A stretch of DNA of 64,000 nt from UHGV virus genome UHGV-1366919; one strand, 5' to 3'. Source of the stretch: a virus. A model generated the notes under the pieces. It did no database searches. It was not told where the DNA came from and was given only the letters and a program-made list of their open reading frames with translations. A program made the position numbers and the translations under genes. Below are positions 49,341-58,302 of this stretch, in pieces (the first letter of the stretch is position 1; every line of letters begins with the position of its first letter).

Positions 49341-51521
49341 TTTAATTTTAATAAGATAGGTTAAAGATATGTTATAAGGTCTAGTTTCTTTGGGGGCAAT
49401 AGGTCCTATTAGGTTACTTAGGTTTAATTCATATTGAACATTAGCAAAAGCCCAATGGTTATCTCTATGTTGTGATAAAAAGTTCGCTTCACTTAGATAA
49501 GTTTGAGAAAAAGCACCAGTTCCACCGACATATAATGGATAACGCTGTCCCCAATTTTGAGAACGAACACAAGTTTTAAAAGTACTTTTGGTTCCTCCTT
49601 CTCCTGAAAGGGAACTTAAGACATATGGATTAGTTTGAGGATCTTCTATATCAAGAGGAGTATGAGCAGGAATAGTATATGTACCTTCACTTGTAATAGT
49701 AGAAGATGTAGTGGAAGCACCTCGAATAAATCTATTTCTTAAGTCTGGCAAATTAAATTGTCCGCCTCCCCCAATTACTGTTAAATGTGAAGTAACTGGA
49801 TGAGCCGTAGTATTAAAAGTAATTATAGCTAATCCTTGGCTTAATCGTAAAAATGGAATTCGCCATGGATTAGAATCAAACTCTAACCACCACTTAGACG
49901 GTACATGGATGTTATAATATCCATCATTTTGAATAGTATAAGTATTTTGCTCATTAATGGTAGCTAACAGTGTACTATTTGTATAGATAGTAACAGGCAA
50001 TGGTGTTCTTATGCCGTTCAATACAATACCAAGGCCTTGAGCAGTAATTACTGTTCCCTTCTTCAAATATAAAGACGGTTCATAATCATAAGCAGATTCG
50101 CCGCTTCTATTAATATTAAAGGGGGCAATATTTGTTGTTAATATTCCTTCAAGAACCAATGGTATATCGTTATAAGGCAAACTAGTTCCATCCAATACAA
50201 GGTAAAAATGCCTTTTAACACCTTCATTATCTGGATTCCAAGATTGCCAAACATCTAAATTAATTGATGTAATAGTATTAAAATTAAAAGTATATTGACC
50301 GCTTACAAATTGAGCTGTGTTAGTAACTTCTTCCGGACAATATAAAATATAATTAGCATAGCCTTCAGAAAGTTCTACATATGTCCTAGCATTAGAACTA
50401 TATTTGGCATCTATAGTACATTCCATTTCAGGAACTGTTACATTTATTTTTGGTAATTGCTGAAATGTATTATTACCAGTAGCGGGAATCCATAAACAAT
50501 AAATTCCATCCTCGGGAATAATATAAGATCTGTTATCAACAGTAGAAATTAAAGGGCTACCGTCAACTCCAAAAGTTGATAAATTTAATTTTTCTTTATT
50601 ATAGATATAAGCTTCGGATGCCCCGGCATTTCCAGCTAAAGTATATCGGGCTCCCTGAATTTGAACAACTGTGTTAGCGGGCAAATAGGCATATTCTGCG
50701 TGGGCAGCCTGATTTGGACTTTGCTCATAATTAATAGTTCTACCAGTTTGCCGCCAACTAATTTTTACAGATGGATTTTCAAATGTATCAGTAGTATTAA
50801 ATTCAATATTACTAAATTGGAGTTCATTTTTAACTAGTTCAAAATCTAAATCTCCTTGAGCCTGTAAAGAATTTATTTCTAATTTGGTCAAAGTAGTAAT
50901 ATTATTTTCATGAAATAAAGATGCTGCAATAATAGGAAGGCTTAGCCTTAATCTTTTATAAGATAATCTACTTGTACCGACTACCATTCGGTACAAATCA
51001 GGGAAATTATCAAAATTATATTCTTGCCCAGTTAATGAATGCCGATTTTGGCCATCGGCAAAATCATAATAATCCCTGAATCGCTGAGGAAGCAAATTAA
51101 GATCTTTTTGGGCAATTGCAACCGGAATAACAGTGCCCACTGGAACAGTTTGCTCCATAATTTGATTATCGGTAACAAACTGTTTAATAATTTCAATTAA
51201 ATCCTGATGCTCATAATTTCCGGCATTATCACCGATGAGAATATTATTTTTAGCCGGAGCAACAGTAGGAACATTAGTTTGAGTACCAAATGTAATCTTA
51301 TCTCTTAATTGAGTTTGGCTGACAATTTCTTTTTGAACTTCAATATGTTCAGTACCAATAGACAATGCAGAATTATTACCCATTGAATCAGCAACAGGAA
51401 CGGGTGTTAATCCAATACCAGTATCTGAACCGTCATCGGCCGGAGAAACACGTAAAATTCCTCGGAAAGATTTTGAAATTGGCTTTTTTGCTACGTCTCT
51501 ATTGTTTTGTTCTGTTGCCAT
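49338..51521 (-). CDS. tail fibre protein with a Collar domain (T4 gp12-like receptor-binding region)
   Basis: NLPDLRNRFIRGAS matches the Collar-domain LPDLRGRF motif. Confidence 0.8.
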   Translation of the reverse strand: MATEQNNRDVAKKPISKSFRGILRVSPADDGSDTGIGLTPVPVADSMGNNSALSIGTEHIEVQKEIVSQTQLRDKITFGTQTNVPTVAPAKNNILIGDNAGNYEHQDLIEIIKQFVTDNQIMEQTVPVGTVIPVAIAQKDLNLLPQRFRDYYDFADGQNRHSLTGQEYNFDNFPDLYRMVVGTSRLSYKRLRLSLPIIAASLFHENNITTLTKLEINSLQAQGDLDFELVKNELQFSNIEFNTTDTFENPSVKISWRQTGRTINYEQSPNQAAHAEYAYLPANTVVQIQGARYTLAGNAGASEAYIYNKEKLNLSTFGVDGSPLISTVDNRSYIIPEDGIYCLWIPATGNNTFQQLPKINVTVPEMECTIDAKYSSNARTYVELSEGYANYILYCPEEVTNTAQFVSGQYTFNFNTITSINLDVWQSWNPDNEGVKRHFYLVLDGTSLPYNDIPLVLEGILTTNIAPFNINRSGESAYDYEPSLYLKKGTVITAQGLGIVLNGIRTPLPVTIYTNSTLLATINEQNTYTIQNDGYYNIHVPSKWWLEFDSNPWRIPFLRLSQGLAIITFNTTAHPVTSHLTVIGGGGQFNLPDLRNRFIRGASTTSSTITSEGTYTIPAHTPLDIEDPQTNPYVLSSLSGEGGTKSTFKTCVRSQNWGQRYPLYVGGTGAFSQTYLSEANFLSQHRDNHWAFANVQYELNLSNLIGPIAPKETRPYNISLTYLIKIK
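49645..49685. repeat. 41-bp perfect inverted repeat copy B, inside the fibre gene (encodes SEGTYTIPAHTPLDIED)
   Basis: Reverse complement of 48986..49026. Confidence 0.8.
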
Positions 51522-51623
51522 GTTATAAAGCTTTCTTGTTTGAATATTTATTGAGATCCTCTACTGATTTAAATTTAAAATTAAATTCTAAATTAATCTT
51601 TAAAAATTAATATTAGAATAAAA

Positions 51624-51658
51624 GAAAAGACTCTGGAAATTTATCCAGAGTCTTTTAA
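51624..51658 (-). terminator. Hairpin terminator (aagactctgga-aattt-atccagagtctt) after the gene at 51667..52014
   Basis: Perfect stem, with a T-run on the minus strand. Confidence 0.5.
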
Positions 51659-51666
51659 AAATCATT

Positions 51667-52014
51667 TTAGAAATTATTTTCAAGAATTAAATCTTGTAAT
51701 CCTGCAAAATATCTCTCATCAATATATTTTTTAATAGCTTTATGCGGTTTAGCTTTCTTAACGATATTATCAACTGTAAATTCCATATCTCGTTCATAAT
51801 ATTCGTCGCAAATTAAATTAATCGCTTCAATTAATAAAGCCCATCTTGTCAATAAAGGAAGAGTCATCTGAGTTCCGTCGTTAAATGTTACAACTTGTTT
51901 CTCTCTGGCCTCTAATTCTGCACCGGTCAATTTCTTATTTTTCATCTGAGTTAAACTTTTTAGTTGTTTTATATTTCTCAGATAATAAATCATACATATT
52001 ATGTTCATCAACAA
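51667..52014 (-). CDS. hypothetical protein
   Basis: The full ORF overlaps the upstream gene by 80 nt. The true start is probably the internal ATG near 51945. Confidence 0.45.
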   Translation of the reverse strand: MLMNIICMIYYLRNIKQLKSLTQMKNKKLTGAELEAREKQVVTFNDGTQMTLPLLTRWALLIEAINLICDEYYERDMEFTVDNIVKKAKPHKAIKKYIDERYFAGLQDLILENNF

Positions 52015-52372
52015 TTTTTCCCTTTAATACTGGGAACATGTTGATATTAACGCGATATTCATTTTTACATTCAGGGCAAACAAATGTATTTTCTTCCTTG
52101 GATAAATCAATAGGAACCGCGATTGTATTATGATTACAAGGACAATCAAAAACTACAGTATTCAGAGCTTGAATTTCTTCAACTCGCTGAGCTAGCTCTT
52201 CATCAAGTTCTTTATATTTCTGTACAAACTCATTAATAGACTCCTCTTCTTCCTGCTCGAATTCTTCTCGTTCTTTATTGAGAAGGTTTACTTTCCGCTT
52301 GATAAAGAAATAATAAACGGCAATATCCGCAATGAAAAGAAAAACGATTAATGATATGAATAATTCAGTCAT
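51935..52372 (-). CDS. membrane-anchored coiled-coil protein with a C-terminal Zn-ribbon
   Basis: N-terminal TM helix (ISLIVFLFIADIAVYYFFI), an acidic coiled-coil segment, then CPCNH...CPEC. Confidence 0.5.
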   Translation of the reverse strand: MTELFISLIVFLFIADIAVYYFFIKRKVNLLNKEREEFEQEEEESINEFVQKYKELDEELAQRVEEIQALNTVVFDCPCNHNTIAVPIDLSKEENTFVCPECKNEYRVNINMFPVLKGKIVDEHNMYDLLSEKYKTTKKFNSDEK

Positions 52373-52386
52373 AATTTATTATCTGA

Positions 52387-52755
52387 TTATTTTCCTAACT
52401 CATCAATCATCGGAATAATTTTTCCAACAATTACCGAGTTAAGTTTATCCACTATTTTTATCATTTTCCTTAATTCGTCCAGGTGCATTTTATCCAGCCC
52501 AGGTAAAGCTAAAGTTTCATTTAACTTATTGCGAATATTGGACATATTAGTAAACAAACCAATAAAATCTCCAGATAAACTATCTAAATTGCCGATTAAT
52601 TGCTTATGCTGATTGTTTAAAGCTTCCAATTCTCCCCTGATTCCTAAAAATTCTTGCATTCTTCTAGGGGAATTATCAAATTCAAACCCAGGATTAACAG
52701 ATAATTTAAAAGGGGAAGGAGCTTTTCCTACGGAATATTGATTTCCCTGTGACAT
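52387..52755 (-). CDS. hypothetical protein
   Basis: 122-aa ORF. Confidence 0.5.
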   Translation of the reverse strand: MSQGNQYSVGKAPSPFKLSVNPGFEFDNSPRRMQEFLGIRGELEALNNQHKQLIGNLDSLSGDFIGLFTNMSNIRNKLNETLALPGLDKMHLDELRKMIKIVDKLNSVIVGKIIPMIDELGK

Positions 52756-52794
52756 GCTGTGGAATATTTAAAGTACACTTAAATAAAGTTACGC

Positions 52795-53262
52795 ATGAAA
52801 AATCTTTATAAAGATACGTTTAGGACTTTATTGGAAGCTGAATTGAATATTGACTTAGCTAAGGATATAGAAAATAATCTTGATAAAACTCCGGGTGAAG
52901 ATAGTGTAGAAAATTCTGAAACCGATGCTTTAGCTTCTACTCTTGATTCTGATGTAACCCCTGCTGATTATCTTTCTGATCCTGCTACGGACAAGGCTCT
53001 TCAACAGCAGATTGAACAGCGAAATAAGGAAATTGCTTCTGTGATTGAAGGATGGGCTCGTAAAATTGATGATTTTGTCGAATTCCTTAATGGAGCTGGA
53101 CCTGATTCTCTCCAAACGATTCTGTCTAAAGCACAACCTGGTACCCTTTTTGCTAAAGTTCAGAGCAATGTCACGCGCAAACTGGCGAACAATGCGGCCG
53201 AATTAGCTGCGACAGCTGAAACACTTCGTTCTTTTGTTGGTCAGAAAGCTATTACCCGTTAA
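52795..53262 (+). CDS. hypothetical acidic protein
   Basis: 155-aa ORF. Confidence 0.5.
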   Translation: MKNLYKDTFRTLLEAELNIDLAKDIENNLDKTPGEDSVENSETDALASTLDSDVTPADYLSDPATDKALQQQIEQRNKEIASVIEGWARKIDDFVEFLNGAGPDSLQTILSKAQPGTLFAKVQSNVTRKLANNAAELAATAETLRSFVGQKAITR

Positions 53263-53268
53263 TTTATT

Positions 53269-53661
53269 ATGAAATTGCTTAATGAAGATTATTTGGACAA
53301 TGTTCCAGATATGTCTGGTCCTTCTCCTTTCAAATCTGATGGAACAAGAAAAGATGACTGGTTCTTGATTCGTATTCCCGCAGAAAAAGTAGGCCAAAAA
53401 GATCGCTGGTTGAGAAAGACTATTGATTTCTGGGAAACACCAAGGCAACATTATAAATCTTCCTATAATTACTATGCAATTCAGCTGGAAGATGGAGAAG
53501 TAACTTATGTCAAGGCTCCGGCTGCAATGGATAAGCATAAATTATTGGAAAAGATTGAAATGTTTCTCAAGGATGAATTCGGATATGATGGAATGTGGGA
53601 AATTAAAGGCTTTATTAATAAGAAAGTAGCACAAGATAAATCAGAATGGAGGCCAGCCTAA
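53269..53661 (+). CDS. hypothetical protein
   Basis: 130-aa ORF. Confidence 0.5.
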   Translation: MKLLNEDYLDNVPDMSGPSPFKSDGTRKDDWFLIRIPAEKVGQKDRWLRKTIDFWETPRQHYKSSYNYYAIQLEDGEVTYVKAPAAMDKHKLLEKIEMFLKDEFGYDGMWEIKGFINKKVAQDKSEWRPA

Positions 53662-53882
53662 TGCAAACACCGATTAAAGTTTCAAATATTAAATCAAGTG
53701 ATCTTTTGACTGAATCTTTATATGATATTAAAGATCAAGAATTTACTTTAGTAGAAAATAAAGATAATCCAATGTCTTTAGCCGTTAAAAAAGATTTAAT
53801 CAAAATTGTTTTGGAAGATATTCTAAAAATGCCGATTAAATCTTTCAGTGTAAAGAAAATGAAAAAAGCTGAGTCAAACTAA
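53646..53882 (+). CDS. hypothetical small protein
   Basis: 78-aa ORF ending inside the terminator palindrome. Confidence 0.35.
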   Translation: MEASLMQTPIKVSNIKSSDLLTESLYDIKDQEFTLVENKDNPMSLAVKKDLIKIVLEDILKMPIKSFSVKKMKKAESN

Positions 53883-53897
53883 TGACTCAGCTTTTTA
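53864..53897. terminator. Bidirectional palindromic terminator, family member (aaaaagctgagtca-aactaa-tgactcagcttttt)
   Basis: Palindrome between the convergent genes at 53646..53882 (+) and 54166..55245 (-). Confidence 0.6.
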
Positions 53898-54165
53898 ATT
53901 TCAAATTTTAACTAGGTTTGACTTTAAATTATATCTATGGTGAAACTACAAAAGCCAAGATAATAAAGTTAAAGTCAAACTTAGCCGATAATTCATCCTC
54001 AGAAAAAGATCTTAAGAAGGAATTAAAGAAACGAAAGTTAATTTAGTTCTATAAAGGATAACGGAAATCCAAATTAATAATTTAAATTACTTTCACTTTT
54101 TATTTACCAAATTTCCTGAAAATGAAGAGGTGATCTATTGTATGATTAACCAAGTATATAGTTTA

Positions 54166-55245
54166 TCATTTTATCTGAGCCAGTTTTATTAAACCAGAGA
54201 TACCAGATACAGTATTTTCCAATATAAAAGATTCTGAAATTTCATTTAACTTTTTTGCAATAGCAATATCATTAAAATCTTTATATTTTTCTCCATACTC
54301 TTTTGGCCAAAGGAAAACTTGTTCATTTTCTTCTAATAAAATTCGACTTTTTTCTCGAGCTGCCTCATCTTGATATTGAGAATCAAGTACCCAAATTCGA
54401 TTTAATAATAAAATCTTATCTAATTGCTCTTCTTGAATACCTGAAAAAAGTGTGCGAGAAGTAGTAATACCTCCTATGGCTAAACCATTCTTAACAAAAC
54501 AAGAATCAAATGGCCCCTCAAAAATATAATAATTTTCTTTATTATAATCAAGGTTTCCCAGATTAAAAACAGATTTAACTCCATTTAATTTGGACAAATA
54601 TCTTATATTAGAAGCCCCTGTTACATCTCGAGACTGATAATACACTATCTTTTGCTTTTCATCATAATATGGAATAATCAATCTCCCGTAATGAATCTTA
54701 TCCTTTAATGAAGTAAACCAAGATTTTGGCCGATTAATTGCTTTATAAAGATTCCGATTAATCAAATAATGTAAACAAGTCTTAACAACTAAATTATTTC
54801 GATAATAACCTATTTGTTGAGGATCACAAAGATCAATAGGATCTTTGGGCAATGAATCATCCTCCGGAACTATTTCTTCAATAATATCTTTAACTTTATT
54901 TTCAAAATATCCGCCGCCTAAATCAAGATAATCGTAATCATTACTTCTTATTTCATCAAAAATCTCATAAGAAGTCATTCCTGATACTTCTTTAATCCAT
55001 TTTAATGGGCGAGATGACCAGCCGCATCGATGACAATAAATTAAATTCTTATCTGGAAGATAAAAACAACGTTTTATTTTACCTATTCCAGTATCGCCTT
55101 CTCTACAAATTGGGCAGGAACAAGAATAATTATTATTCCCTTGATTATATTGGGCAAAATATCCTAAATCAAAAAACTTCTTAATAACATACTCTTGCGG
55201 GAGTTCATTATTCTGTTTCGAAGTCGAAGAGGGAGGAAATAACAT
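54166..55245 (-). CDS. DNA primase (zinc finger + TOPRIM, gp61/DnaG-like)
   Basis: Zn-finger CSCPIC...CHRCG. TOPRIM motifs: IFEGPFDS and VLDSQYQDEAA. Confidence 0.75.
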   Translation of the reverse strand: MLFPPSSTSKQNNELPQEYVIKKFFDLGYFAQYNQGNNNYSCSCPICREGDTGIGKIKRCFYLPDKNLIYCHRCGWSSRPLKWIKEVSGMTSYEIFDEIRSNDYDYLDLGGGYFENKVKDIIEEIVPEDDSLPKDPIDLCDPQQIGYYRNNLVVKTCLHYLINRNLYKAINRPKSWFTSLKDKIHYGRLIIPYYDEKQKIVYYQSRDVTGASNIRYLSKLNGVKSVFNLGNLDYNKENYYIFEGPFDSCFVKNGLAIGGITTSRTLFSGIQEEQLDKILLLNRIWVLDSQYQDEAAREKSRILLEENEQVFLWPKEYGEKYKDFNDIAIAKKLNEISESFILENTVSGISGLIKLAQIK

Positions 55246-56149
55246 CTGTAATGTCTAATCGATTAGCTAAAGTAGAGTACCAATAGTCAATTTTTCTGTA
55301 AATATTCCAGAATTCAAGTTCTTTTATAAGAAGAGTAAAATTTTCCTTATTTGCCTCAGGTGTTTCACTAATACATTTTTCATAATGCTCTTCCTCTTCA
55401 GTAGAAATAAGATTATAATCAAATTTCATCATCTTTAAATTATGTTTAAAAATTTCTAATTCTTCTTCCTTTAATAGGGAAGAATCCTTAAGAGAATCTA
55501 TATCATAATCAATCTTAAGAAGAGAAATAATATCTTGAATCCTGGTTGACCTAATTCCCTTAACACCGCTGATATTATCTGCTCGGTCACCCCTAAGAGC
55601 CTTAAAAATTATGTATTCAAAACCATTATTAACATTATAATAATCTTTAAGATATAGTTCAGTTATAGACTGTTTCTTTTTAGGATTATAAATGATATTT
55701 CCTGGAAAATCTGAGCCAATTAACTGATAAAAATCAGTATCAGTTGAAACTACAATACTTTGGTTAGGATATTTTTTCATCGCTAACCAAAAAATAATAT
55801 CATCCGCTTCTAAATTAATAGGATTGATTTGAATAATGCCCAAAGAATTCAACAATTCCATAATTACTGGCATATATTCATATACTTCTTTATTCTTAAT
55901 TTCATCCCGCTGAGCTTTGTACTCAGAATCTAGCATTTTTCTAAAATTATAGCAGTCTTCTTTTCTATAATCCCATACACAAATAACTTTTTTAGGAGAA
56001 AATAATTCAACTAAAGATTTAAGAGAATTAAGAAATAGATAAATGTGAGAAGTTGGTGTAGGTTTTTCTAATACTTTTGAAACATGGAAAACTCTATGCA
56101 ACAAATTATTAGCATCAATTATTAAGTTCTTCTGTGTAGAATTTCTCAT
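55208..56149 (-). CDS. RNase H / FEN-family 5'-3' exonuclease (T4 rnh-like)
   Basis: Blocks resembling T4 RNase H: LIIDANNLLHR, VICVWDYRKEDCYNFRK, NLEADDIIFWLAMKK...SIVVSTDTDFYQLIG and KALRGDRADNISGVKGI. Confidence 0.7.
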   Translation of the reverse strand: MRNSTQKNLIIDANNLLHRVFHVSKVLEKPTPTSHIYLFLNSLKSLVELFSPKKVICVWDYRKEDCYNFRKMLDSEYKAQRDEIKNKEVYEYMPVIMELLNSLGIIQINPINLEADDIIFWLAMKKYPNQSIVVSTDTDFYQLIGSDFPGNIIYNPKKKQSITELYLKDYYNVNNGFEYIIFKALRGDRADNISGVKGIRSTRIQDIISLLKIDYDIDSLKDSSLLKEEELEIFKHNLKMMKFDYNLISTEEEEHYEKCISETPEANKENFTLLIKELEFWNIYRKIDYWYSTLANRLDITDVISSLFDFETE

Positions 56150-56192
56150 AAAATTTATTATACATTATCCTCAATAATCGACGGTGAAATTA

Positions 56193-56516
56193 TTATTTTC
56201 TATTAGCAAATAAATCGTTTATAAAGTTCTTTTTATTTTTTTCTGTTTCTAAAAATTGTAATTTAATAACCTCAAATACTTCGTCTGGCAATTTCTCGAC
56301 AAAAGTAATATAAGGCTCTACTACAAAATCTGTAGCTTTATCAAGAATAGTCTCTTCCTTTGCTTTTTCTAAATCTTTCTTATCCAAAATAAGAATTTTA
56401 AAAGAACCGGGAATTACAAGAAATTCATTGTATCTGCCATTTTTTCTGACAAATACAATGAATTTCCCAGTATATTTTCCTCGATTTATTGCGTAACAAT
56501 TACCTGGAAGTTCCAT
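56193..56516 (-). CDS. hypothetical protein
   Basis: 107-aa ORF. Confidence 0.4.
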   Translation of the reverse strand: MELPGNCYAINRGKYTGKFIVFVRKNGRYNEFLVIPGSFKILILDKKDLEKAKEETILDKATDFVVEPYITFVEKLPDEVFEVIKLQFLETEKNKKNFINDLFANRK

Positions 56517-56856
56517 AAAGCTTATCTAATTTTTCTTGAAAGAACGGATTGTCTTTATTATAAGAGGCAATTCCTTTTTCGATTAATTGATATAATATCA
56601 CTTCAACAGATTTAGTCTTTAAAAAGAAATTCTTTGGCCAATTTTGCCCTCCATCATTAAATTCAAAAGAAACATCTCCTACATCTGGGTAATTCTCATA
56701 ACAAGTAACAAAAATTGAGGCTCCAGCAGGATCAATCATTATTGTCCATCGTCTGGGATCACTATCACTGAACTTATTAAAAAGCCTAATAGCAATAAAG
56801 CCGCTTTGCCTTAATCTTTTTAAGAGATAACCAGGAGTATCAATTTTATTTGCCAT
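56500..56856 (-). CDS. hypothetical protein
   Basis: 118-aa ORF. Confidence 0.4.
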   Translation of the reverse strand: MANKIDTPGYLLKRLRQSGFIAIRLFNKFSDSDPRRWTIMIDPAGASIFVTCYENYPDVGDVSFEFNDGGQNWPKNFFLKTKSVEVILYQLIEKGIASYNKDNPFFQEKLDKLYGTSR

Positions 56857-57627
56857 TTAATTCTTTAAAGATTGAATAAGATAATTATGTTCCAGATTTT
56901 CAGACAATTGACGAATAAAAAGAATATTATAAGTTAATGACTTTCTCTTAACAACAGATACATCAAAAATTACTTCATCATTAAAATAATCAAGCAATGT
57001 CCATACATCAAATTTAATTGGAATTCTTCCAATAAGTTGCCCAGTATAATCTGTTCCTAAAGACACCCTGAAAGAATCTGTTGTATCAGATTGATAATCT
57101 GTTAATTCTCCATAAAGTACCCCGTCTTCAACATAGAAATAAACCTTTGTATTCCCGGAATTATCTCGAACAAAGGAAAATCCTTTTTCCAATTGAATAA
57201 GCTTATCCCTGTTAAGCTTAATAGAAAAAGAAATAGGAAATGCCCTAAATTTATCTGGTGTTACCTGAGGAGGAAGAGGAATAATACTCTTTTCAGCCAG
57301 ATAAAACTTTAATCTAATATAATCATTTTTATATTTGATTAAATTATCATTAATTTCAAGAATAATAGTTTCTTCGATTGCAAAATCGCAAATCTTAAGA
57401 AGCTTAGAAATATCATTAATAGGTAATTCTAGATCAACATTATTATCTCCTTCATCAGGTAAAATAAAGGAGGATAACATAATAATGTTACCCCCCTCGG
57501 AAGTTGTTAAAACCTCCATTTTTTTATCTTTAAGCTTGATAATAATGGACTCAGTAATCTTTGAAATACTTTTAAGAAATAATTTAAATTCTTTTGTCGG
57601 AATATGAAGCTTAATCTTGTTTGCCAT
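56857..57627 (-). CDS. possible sliding clamp (gp45-like). Tentative.
   Basis: Its size (256 aa), its position in the replication module and a loose pattern resemblance to T4 gp45 support the call. No decisive motif is present. Confidence 0.35.
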   Translation of the reverse strand: MANKIKLHIPTKEFKLFLKSISKITESIIIKLKDKKMEVLTTSEGGNIIMLSSFILPDEGDNNVDLELPINDISKLLKICDFAIEETIILEINDNLIKYKNDYIRLKFYLAEKSIIPLPPQVTPDKFRAFPISFSIKLNRDKLIQLEKGFSFVRDNSGNTKVYFYVEDGVLYGELTDYQSDTTDSFRVSLGTDYTGQLIGRIPIKFDVWTLLDYFNDEVIFDVSVVKRKSLTYNILFIRQLSENLEHNYLIQSLKN

Positions 57628-58300
57628 CTGTTTCTATTTCGTCTAAAGGGTCAAGCTCTTTAAGCTCCTCCCCCGTTTCAAATGTTTCTTCTAATGAACT
57701 ATCATAATTTGTCCGGGCTGTCCCTGAAGACAAAATATCAATAAGTTTTAATAAATTATTATTGATTTCTGTAAAATGATAGGTGAAAAAGAATTTTGCA
57801 TCCTCATCTAATGAAGTTAGATTGGAATTATTAATATACTCATTAGAATCCCAATTTTGGCCTTGATAAAATTCAGGCTGAGGCTGAGGTTGTTGTACTG
57901 GGGGCTGCCAATTGTTTTGAACCGGGGGCGGCTGAGAAACAGGCTGCTGTTGCCATTGATTCTGCTGAAATTGATGCTGTTGAGCTCTTTGAGGATTAAA
58001 TCCAGCCATTTGTTTAAATTGAGCCATTGCAGCATCTTTTTCAGCCTGAACCTGCTGTTCAGCTAATTGGCGGTTAATTTCAATTGCTTGTTGAGCTAAT
58101 TTCTGCCTTTCCTGAATCAAATATCTGTCCTCTTCAGTTAAACCTGCTCTTGGATCAAACTTAATTGCCCCAAGATTCTTAACAAGTCCTGCCGTAAATT
58201 GAGCAAGAAGAGGATTGGGTCGCCCGTCAGGAAGACGGGCGAATTGATTAACGACATAAGAAGGAACAGACTGACTTTGTTGTTGCTGATTATAATTCAT
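57611..58300 (-). CDS. Gln/Pro-rich low-complexity protein with an acidic C-terminus
   Basis: QQHQFQQNQWQQQPVSQPPPVQNNWQPPVQQPQPQPE. The C-terminus is D/E-rich. Confidence 0.5.
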   Translation of the reverse strand: MNYNQQQQSQSVPSYVVNQFARLPDGRPNPLLAQFTAGLVKNLGAIKFDPRAGLTEEDRYLIQERQKLAQQAIEINRQLAEQQVQAEKDAAMAQFKQMAGFNPQRAQQHQFQQNQWQQQPVSQPPPVQNNWQPPVQQPQPQPEFYQGQNWDSNEYINNSNLTSLDEDAKFFFTYHFTEINNNLLKLIDILSSGTARTNYDSSLEETFETGEELKELDPLDEIETDGKQD

Positions 58301-58302
58301 CT

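Noticed and set aside
48986-49685. Diversity-generating retroelement (TR/VR pair) explanation for the duplicated fibre fragment
   Set aside because: The repeats are inverted and only 41 bp perfect. There is no adenine-specific mismatch pattern, and no reverse transcriptase ORF is present in the window.
51935-52014. 80-nt overlap between the ORFs at 51667..52014 and 51935..52372
   Set aside because: It is most simply explained by the downstream gene starting at an internal ATG (around 51945), not by a genuine long overlap.
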